From the NCBI GenBank assembly GCA_028716365.1, contig JAQUPZ010000002.1:449005-513004 (forward strand): DNA of 64,000 nucleotides. The letters run 5' to 3'. The stretch is from Kiritimatiellia bacterium. GTDB lineage: Bacteria; Verrucomicrobiota; Kiritimatiellia; UBA8416; YA12-FULL-48-11. The notes below the pieces were generated by a model that worked only from the letters and a program-made list of their open reading frames with translations, was not told where the DNA came from and ran no database searches. Numbering within the stretch: the stretch's first letter is position 1; each line of letters starts with the position of its first letter. The translations under genes were made by a program, and so were the position numbers. This document shows, piece after piece, positions 57,689 through 64,000 of this stretch.

Positions 57689-58689
57689 TTGCCACCTTTC
57701 TTCGCCAACTCAGCAACGATTGTCTTATTCAGTTGTTGTTGTACAGCTTCGGATGCAACACGAATAGCATGAAAAATAGCCCGTGACGAAGATGCCCCAT
57801 GGGTAATAATACATATTCCATTGACGCCCAATAAAGGAGCTCCTCCATACATTTCCGGGTCCATTTTTTTCTTCATCGTCTTCAAGGCACCAAAAAGAAG
57901 ACACGAACCAAGAAACCGCCAGGGATAACGCTTGAATTCCTGTTTCATCCAATGTCCTATTGCAAGCGCCACGCTCTCGCTGGTTTTCAATACAACATTA
58001 CCGACAAATCCGTCACACACGACAACATCTGTTTCTCCCTTAAAAAGATCGTGCCCCTCTACATTCCCCCTGAAATTCAGTCCGGACTTGCTTAAAAGAC
58101 CAAAAGCTTCTTTTGTGATCTCATTCCCTTTCGTATCTTCTCCGCCAATACTCATCAAACCAACAAGAGGTCTGCTCCGGCCGAGTATGGCACTGGAATA
58201 CACGCTTCCCATGGCAGCAAACTGTACCAGTAGCTTTGCTTCGCAATCAGTGTTCGCACCTGCATCAATAAGGATAAAAGGTCGCCCCTGTGTGGGTAAA
58301 ACCGTCGCTATTGCGGGTCGTTCAACCCCGTCAAGTGTTCGAAGTTTCAAAGTCGCCGCGACAACCACTGCGCCTGTGTTTCCGGCGGAAACCATGGCAT
58401 CAGCTTCGCCATTTTTCACCAGATCAACGGCACGGCCGATCGACGAGTCCTTTTTACGCCTGATCGCCATGGCTGGCTCTTCATTCATGGCAATAGCTTC
58501 TGATGCATGCAGAACCTCTATCTTTTCCGAGATAGAGGGGAAGCGGCCGAGTTCAGACTTTACAGCGCCTGAATCGCCGACAAGAAATATCTTGGACACA
58601 GCAGGAAGACCGACTGCAGCTTCCACCACACCCTTGATGATTTCACGGGGAGCATAGTCACCTCCCATTGCATCAATAGCTATGCGCAT
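57685..58689 (-). CDS. plsX: phosphate acyltransferase
   Basis: MRIAIDAMGGDYAP N-terminus typical of PlsX. Confidence 0.9.
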   Translation of the reverse strand: MRIAIDAMGGDYAPREIIKGVVEAAVGLPAVSKIFLVGDSGAVKSELGRFPSISEKIEVLHASEAIAMNEEPAMAIRRKKDSSIGRAVDLVKNGEADAMVSAGNTGAVVVAATLKLRTLDGVERPAIATVLPTQGRPFILIDAGANTDCEAKLLVQFAAMGSVYSSAILGRSRPLVGLMSIGGEDTKGNEITKEAFGLLSKSGLNFRGNVEGHDLFKGETDVVVCDGFVGNVVLKTSESVALAIGHWMKQEFKRYPWRFLGSCLLFGALKTMKKKMDPEMYGGAPLLGVNGICIITHGASSSRAIFHAIRVASEAVQQQLNKTIVAELAKKGGN

Positions 58690-58695
58690 GGTTGA

Positions 58696-58878
58696 CTATT
58701 CCGTTTCAACAGTTCGGACCTGCCTGCCATGGTAATAACCGCAGGAACGACAAACCCTGTGCGGCTGTTGCGGAGCTCCACAATTGGGACAGGTCTTCAC
58801 AGGAACATAACTCTTCTTATGGGAAGCCTTCCGGGAACGAATCCTTCTTTTTGACGTTCGCCTTTTAGGTAAAGCCAT
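58696..58878 (-). CDS. rpmF: 50S ribosomal protein L32
   Basis: MALPKRRTSKRRIRSRKASHKK and the CxxC...CxxC zinc ribbon. Confidence 0.9.
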   Translation of the reverse strand: MALPKRRTSKRRIRSRKASHKKSYVPVKTCPNCGAPQQPHRVCRSCGYYHGRQVRTVETE

Positions 58879-58895
58879 CTTTTTCTCCTTTTATC

Positions 58896-59354
58896 TTATT
58901 TAAGTTTCAAGCCATCAAGTACGGTCCAAACATTTTCTTCTCTCTTCCGGCAGTTGCACTTCTCCCTGTTTAAACTGACGCCACACTGGACACACAATCC
59001 CTTGCAATCAACCTTGCATACCGGATAATTGGGAAAGGTAAGGATAATAGCTTCACGTATTTCCTCGGTCAAGTCCACAGATTCATCCATGCCAGCCTCA
59101 CGGACAGCGACAAAAGCCCCATCCTTGACCTTGGTTTGGAACACCTCCCCGCACCTCGAACAGCGAAACGACATTTCCACTCCGACAGAACCACGGACAA
59201 TCAATTCCCCGGGAGCCACCTGCGCATAAAGATCATAATATAACGGCCCATTTACAGAAATATCCTTTTCGTTTTCAAGATCAAGGATAGAAGACTGCTC
59301 TTCACCCAAAAACCTCATACCCTCCGGTGGAATCTCTGACATTCTGATAATCAT
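58896..59354 (-). CDS. yceD: YceD/DUF177 family protein (23S rRNA accumulation protein)
   Basis: Position immediately upstream of rpmF-plsX, and Cys-rich C-terminus (CxxC...CxxC). Confidence 0.7.
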   Translation of the reverse strand: MIIRMSEIPPEGMRFLGEEQSSILDLENEKDISVNGPLYYDLYAQVAPGELIVRGSVGVEMSFRCSRCGEVFQTKVKDGAFVAVREAGMDESVDLTEEIREAIILTFPNYPVCKVDCKGLCVQCGVSLNREKCNCRKREENVWTVLDGLKLK

Positions 59355-59435
59355 ACATCTCCTGAACCGATGTAATATATATAATCAAATTAAGTTATTG
59401 TTATATGACATGACTTTACTGGGAAAACGAGCCTG

Positions 59436-59951
59436 TCAATACTTTCGAAAAGTTTTCTTCCCATGAAACGATTTGCCGATTTTCTTTTCAACGGCAAACC
59501 TTACCGGTTCCGGGACAAAATCACTTATATCGCCGCCCAACCTGGCGACTTCCCGGACGGTACTGGAACTAACATAACTGTGAATTTCGTTGGGCATCAT
59601 GAAAAGAGTCTCTATCTCCGGTGCCAGTTTCCGGTTGGTGAGAGCCATTTGAAACTCATACTCAAAATCAGAATATGCCCTTAACCCCCTGATCAGCACC
59701 TTTATCCCTTTCCTGCGCGCATAATCAATTAAAAGGCCATCAAATGAATCAACCTCGACATTTGAGATTTTTTTGACCACAGCTTTGGCCATGGCTACAC
59801 GTTCCTTAACATTGAATAAATTATCCTTGGGCGGCTGTACAACAACGGCAAGAATCAGGCGCTGAAAGATCTCCGCACCTCTCTCGATAAGATCCATATG
59901 TCCAAAAGTCAGGGGATCAAATGTTCCTGCATAAATTGCTGTCTTTGTCAT
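59436..59951 (-). CDS. coaD: phosphopantetheine adenylyltransferase
   Basis: AIYAGTFDPLTFGHMDLIERGA nucleotidyltransferase (H/T)xGH motif. Confidence 0.9.
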   Translation of the reverse strand: MTKTAIYAGTFDPLTFGHMDLIERGAEIFQRLILAVVVQPPKDNLFNVKERVAMAKAVVKKISNVEVDSFDGLLIDYARRKGIKVLIRGLRAYSDFEYEFQMALTNRKLAPEIETLFMMPNEIHSYVSSSTVREVARLGGDISDFVPEPVRFAVEKKIGKSFHGKKTFRKY

Positions 59952-60540
59952 TTCCTACTCCAATTTCTTTTTTTACAAAAAACCTCAGCCTGGTACCACC
60001 GTATACCCTGTCCTTGATAAGAACCCATATATTGTCGTCTTTCATGACCTCATCCGCGGACTGTTCCATTATAAAAAGCCCCCTTGGAGCCAGCAAATTC
60101 CCCTTCCCTAAAACATTTAAAAGACTGAAAAGCCAGTCTTTACGCCCTTTCTTATCGTAAGGAGGATCGGCAAAGATAAGGTCAAATTGTTGATTTTCAA
60201 GTCCTTTTTGAAGAAATTTTAGTGCATCACAGGCAGAGAATCGCATCTTTAAGCCGAAAGTGCAACTTTTCTCCTTTCCGTATATGCGCTCAACATTCTC
60301 CTTCAGGGTGCCAAGAATTCTGCGATCAGACTCGACCCAACATACTGATTCGGCCCCTCTGCTTAATGCTTCAAGTCCAATGGCACCCGATCCAGCAAAT
60401 AGATCAAGGAATCTTGCACCAACCACTTTAGGTCCAATAATAGAAAAAAGGGCCTCTCGAACCATGTCCTGAGTTGGCCTGCATCCTCCCTTTGGCACTT
60501 TTATTTGATGTCTGCAGAAAATCCCACCAGTAATTCGCAT
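59917..60540 (-). CDS. rsmD: 16S rRNA (guanine966-N2)-methyltransferase
   Basis: RPTQDMVREALFSII, DLFAGSGAIGLEALSRGA and FDLIFADPPY. Start set at MRITGG. The longer ORF-track start adds 51 codons not seen in RsmD. Confidence 0.8.
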   Translation of the reverse strand: MRITGGIFCRHQIKVPKGGCRPTQDMVREALFSIIGPKVVGARFLDLFAGSGAIGLEALSRGAESVCWVESDRRILGTLKENVERIYGKEKSCTFGLKMRFSACDALKFLQKGLENQQFDLIFADPPYDKKGRKDWLFSLLNVLGKGNLLAPRGLFIMEQSADEVMKDDNIWVLIKDRVYGGTRLRFFVKKEIGVGNDKDSNLCRNI

Positions 60541-60727
60541 AATTCCTGCATAATACGGTATATATGAATTATACGCAATCATCGTCATTACAGATTTCAC
60601 AAGTCCTTTATTGACATAATCCTGAAATTCGGGCAGATTTCGCCGCCATTTGATTTTACTTGAAATGGCATCTATTTCTCTCTGATAATACACACCTTCA
60701 CGAAAAAAAGGATTTTGAGGTCATATC

Positions 60728-61564
60728 ATGGGATGGTTTAGGAAAAAAGAAAAACCGCCGGAAGTCGTTGTGGCAAAGGAGGACCTTTGGACCATTTGCC
60801 CATCCTGTAAGGCACACGTCTACAAGGATGAATGGGACAAGAACTTCTGTGTCTGCCCGCAGTGTAACTTCCATGATAAGATTACCTTCCAGGAACGATT
60901 GGATATTCTTATAGATCCGGGTACTTTCAGAGAAATCAACGAAGAAGTGACCACAGCCGATCCATTGGAATTCAAGGACGATAAGGGTAGTTACGCCGAA
61001 AAAGCCGAGTCAACGAAGGCCAAAACCAATATGAAAGAGGCCGTTGTTACAGGCCGCGGCAAGATTCATGGAATCAGGGTGGTAATTTCTGTCATGGATT
61101 TTCGCTTCCTTGGCGGTAGTCTGGCCAGCGGCACAGGCGAAAAAATACTTCTGGCTTCGGAATATGCACTGAGACATGCGTACCCATATATCGTCGTTTC
61201 TGCCTCCGGTGGCGCCAGGATGCATGAGGGTATCATATCTCTTATGCAAATGGCCAAAACATGCGCCGGAATTGCCCGGCTCAAGAAGGGGGGAATCCCT
61301 TATATCTCCATTCTAACAGATCCGACAACCGGCGGCGTTTCAGCCAGCTTTGCGACAATGGGTGATATCAACATCGCAGAACCCAAGGCTCTTATCGGGT
61401 TCGCCGGCCGCCGCGTCATTGAAGAAACCATTAAGCAGAAACTTCCCGATGATTTCCAAACCGCAGAATACGTCCTGGAGCATGGATTTATTGACCAGAT
61501 AGTTAACCGCAAGGAAATGAAGAATTTCCTGTATAAGGTACTCCGATACTGGAAGGCAAAATAA
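60728..61564 (+). CDS. accD: acetyl-CoA carboxylase carboxyltransferase subunit beta
   Basis: N-terminal CPSCKAHVYKDEWDKNFCVCPQCNFH zinc finger and the CT domain. Confidence 0.9.
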   Translation: MGWFRKKEKPPEVVVAKEDLWTICPSCKAHVYKDEWDKNFCVCPQCNFHDKITFQERLDILIDPGTFREINEEVTTADPLEFKDDKGSYAEKAESTKAKTNMKEAVVTGRGKIHGIRVVISVMDFRFLGGSLASGTGEKILLASEYALRHAYPYIVVSASGGARMHEGIISLMQMAKTCAGIARLKKGGIPYISILTDPTTGGVSASFATMGDINIAEPKALIGFAGRRVIEETIKQKLPDDFQTAEYVLEHGFIDQIVNRKEMKNFLYKVLRYWKAK

Positions 61565-61577
61565 GCCAGAAAAAAAT

Positions 61578-62531
61578 ATGAACCTTGATTTTGAAAAAAA
61601 TATGCCCGAGATCGAAGCAAAGATCGCGGAACTGACCAAACAAAAAACAACTGATCCCAACGCAAAGGTGGAAGATCAGCTGACCGATCTCCAGAAACAG
61701 CTCGAAAGTCTTAAGAAAGAGGTTTATTCCAGTCTTACACCGTGGCAAACAGTTCAGGTTGCACGCCATCCGAATCGTCCGCTTCTTCGGGATTATATTG
61801 CCGGTATATGCGGTGAGTTCATTGAACTGCACGGCGATCGTTACTTCGGAGATGATCAGGGAATCATTGGCGGATTTGCAACAATAGAAGACCGCCATGT
61901 CATGATTATCGGCCACCAGAAGGGTAAAACGCTTGAAGAAAACGTAAAGACCAATTTCGGGATGGCTACTCCCGATGGTTATAGAAAAGCCCTTCGCTTA
62001 ATGAAGCTGGCCGAAAAATTCAAGATTCCAATAGTTAGCTTCATAGACACGCCAGGAGCCTATCCGGGTGCCGATGCGGAAGCCCGCGGTCAGGCTGAAG
62101 CCATTGCCAGAAACCTGACCGAAATGTCGCAAATAGAAGTACCCATAATCGTAATAGTGACCGGTGAAGGCGGAAGCGGCGGGGCATTAGGTATCGGAGT
62201 CGGGGATGTTATTCTAATGCTTTCAAATTCAGTCTATTCCGTTATTTCACCCGAAGGTTGTGCATCAATCCTCTGGAGAGATGGATCCAAAGCGCCTGAA
62301 GCGGCGGAAGCGTTGAAAGTTACGGCTGACTCACTTTCGAAACTCGGAATCATCGATGAAATTATACCAGAACCACTTGGCGGAGCTCACCGTGACTACG
62401 AGGGTACTCTCCGTGTTGTAAAACAAGCTCTTCTCAAGCATCTCAACATCCTCAGACGTGTTTCGGAACGAAAACTGGTAGAAAGACGTTTTGAAAAGTA
62501 CTGCAGAATCGGGAGATTCAAACGCCGTTGA
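61578..62531 (+). CDS. accA: acetyl-CoA carboxylase carboxyltransferase subunit alpha
   Basis: Typical AccA CT-alpha domain (GGAYPG..., VVTGEGGSGGALG). Confidence 0.9.
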   Translation: MNLDFEKNMPEIEAKIAELTKQKTTDPNAKVEDQLTDLQKQLESLKKEVYSSLTPWQTVQVARHPNRPLLRDYIAGICGEFIELHGDRYFGDDQGIIGGFATIEDRHVMIIGHQKGKTLEENVKTNFGMATPDGYRKALRLMKLAEKFKIPIVSFIDTPGAYPGADAEARGQAEAIARNLTEMSQIEVPIIVIVTGEGGSGGALGIGVGDVILMLSNSVYSVISPEGCASILWRDGSKAPEAAEALKVTADSLSKLGIIDEIIPEPLGGAHRDYEGTLRVVKQALLKHLNILRRVSERKLVERRFEKYCRIGRFKRR

Positions 62532-62671
62532 TACAACGTCTTGACAATAATCCAAACTCCAACCCATAGTTGGAAGCTTCAATTGGCAATTTGGCATTAA
62601 GAGTTGTGACCCGGTTCTTGCAGAAGGGTACAGAAGATATCGATAGATTTAAATAAGGGAGAGAGAAAATC

Positions 62672-64000
62672 ATGATCAAGAAAACAACTCCATTCAGACA
62701 TGGTGATCCTTCATACCAGAAATGGGAAAGAAACAGAATACCATTACGTATAACAGATACGACTCTTCGTGATGCGCATCAGTCTCTTTGGGCAACCAGA
62801 ATGCGCACAAGCGATATTCTCCAGATTATTGATACAATTGATTCTGCAGGATACTATTCACTGGAAGTCTGGGGTGGCGCCACTTTTGACGTATGCCTCA
62901 GGTTCCTCCGCGAAAATCCGTGGGAACGTCTTCGCCTGATAAAAAAAGGCGCAAAAAAAACACCTCTACAGATGCTTCTGCGTGGTCAGAACATTCTAGG
63001 CTACAGGAACTATCCCGACGATGTACTCGACAGGTTCGTCGCCCTCGCCTGCGAAAACGGTATTGATATTTTCAGGATTTTTGATGCGCTGAATGATACA
63101 AGAAACCTGGAATATGCGATCAAGTGTGTTAAGCAGCACGGCGGACATGCCCAGGGAACAATCTGTTATACCATCAGTCCTGTTCACACTGTAAAACAAT
63201 ACGTCAAAGTCGCCAGGGAACAAGTCCAGATGGGAATAGACTCTCTGTGCATCAAGGACATGGCAGGAATACTGTCTCCTATCTCAGCCGAAAAATTGAT
63301 ATCCGCCCTCACAAGCGAAATCAAGGTGCCGATACAGTTACACTGTCATGCCACCAGCGGAATGGCTTCTTCAACCTACGTGGAAGGTGTGCGTGCAGGA
63401 GCCGGAGCTATTGACTGTGCAATTTCGATAATGGCTGGTTTCTCATCACAACCACCGGTGGAAACCATGCTGGCAATATTTGAAGAAACTCCTTATCATG
63501 CCAATCTTGATATTGAAGCACTGCGAAAGATCTGTAAATACTTTACCGAACTCGCACCATCACGTCGTTTGAGTCATCATCCCGACAACATCATCGATCC
63601 CGAAATCCTGATACACCATATTCCGGGTGGAATGATCTCCAATCTGCGAAACCAGCTGCAACAGCAGAACGCGCTGGACAAACTGGATGAAGTATTGACA
63701 GAACTCCCGCGGGTCTGTGCCGACATGGGTTATCCTCCCCTGGTAACACCTACCAGTCAAATAGTTGGCGTGCAAGCCGTTATGAACGTCATCGCCGGTG
63801 AACGTTACGCAATGATTCCTCAGGAAACAAAGGATTACGTTCGGGGACTGTATGGACGTTCCCCTGCCCCGATGGATTTTGAAATCAAGAGAAAAATTCT
63901 TGGGATGGATAGAACCATTACCTGCAGACCTGCAGACCTCATGGAACCCATGCTTCCAAAGGCAACAAAAGATATCGATCCAAAACTGATAAACAACGAG
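62672..64000 (+). CDS. biotin-dependent carboxyltransferase 5S-type subunit (pyruvate carboxylase subunit B / oxaloacetate decarboxylase alpha-like); 3' end beyond window
   Basis: AAGGGAGAGAG SD. The reading frame from the ATG at ~62672 stays open to the window end. DTTLRDAHQSL and HCH motifs of the PYC_OADA carboxyltransferase domain. Absent from the ORF track because no stop falls inside the window. Confidence 0.8.
   Translation, partial: MIKKTTPFRHGDPSYQKWERNRIPLRITDTTLRDAHQSLWATRMRTSDILQIIDTIDSAGYYSLEVWGGATFDVCLRFLRENPWERLRLIKKGAKKTPLQMLLRGQNILGYRNYPDDVLDRFVALACENGIDIFRIFDALNDTRNLEYAIKCVKQHGGHAQGTICYTISPVHTVKQYVKVAREQVQMGIDSLCIKDMAGILSPISAEKLISALTSEIKVPIQLHCHATSGMASSTYVEGVRAGAGAIDCAISIMAGFSSQPPVETMLAIFEETPYHANLDIEALRKICKYFTELAPSRRLSHHPDNIIDPEILIHHIPGGMISNLRNQLQQQNALDKLDEVLTELPRVCADMGYPPLVTPTSQIVGVQAVMNVIAGERYAMIPQETKDYVRGLYGRSPAPMDFEIKRKILGMDRTITCRPADLMEPMLPKATKDIDPKLINNE

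Noticed and set aside
55310-58657. Plus-strand ORFs 55310-55909 (199 aa) and 57932-58657 (241 aa)
   Set aside because: Antisense to fabG and plsX respectively. Biased S/T/P/A-rich translations typical of GC-skewed antisense frames.

Overview
This 64-kb window looks like chromosomal DNA from a Gram-negative bacterium. An outer-membrane beta-barrel protein, an OmpA-like domain, a CsgG-like lipoprotein and Shine-Dalgarno sites are all present. GC content is moderate by eye. Most of the window is densely packed housekeeping genes. On the minus strand there is a tRNA-Gly/Lys/Leu cluster. There is also a dispersed trp cluster (trpE, trpG, trpD, trpC) interrupted by unrelated genes, including a 23S-IVS-type four-helix-bundle gene flanked by inverted repeats. 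Further along are tatD, a sodium:solute symporter, a secreted fucosidase/esterase/M28-peptidase group, and a divergent ThyA-like gene followed by dut and cls. An alpha-glucan (glycogen) metabolism island carries a debranching enzyme, GT4, GH57, GlgP and GH13. After it come a ferric/thiamine-type ABC importer, a ThuA-like protein and a CsgG-like lipoprotein. The window ends with the canonical yceD-rpmF-plsX-fabH-fabD-fabG-acpP-fabF block plus coaD, rsmD, accD, accA and a 5S carboxyltransferase. The standout feature is a 2006-aa protein at 23689-29709. It has two N-terminal GYF-like (DUF4339) domains, about 1700 aa of coiled coil built from nested near-identical tandem repeats, a single transmembrane helix and a C-terminal OmpA-like peptidoglycan-binding domain. 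This architecture suggests a giant scaffold or tether anchored to the cell wall and, as far as I can recall, is not a described system. Other notable items are the ThyA-like protein operonic with dut, a tandem-domain NDK, the IVS-like insertion in the trp cluster, and a small cluster containing a nucleotidyltransferase-fold protein with membrane proteins. No CRISPR array, rRNA gene or obvious mobile element (transposase/integrase) was seen. Hand-derived coordinates may be off by 1-2 nt. ORF-track coordinates were trusted where the two disagreed.
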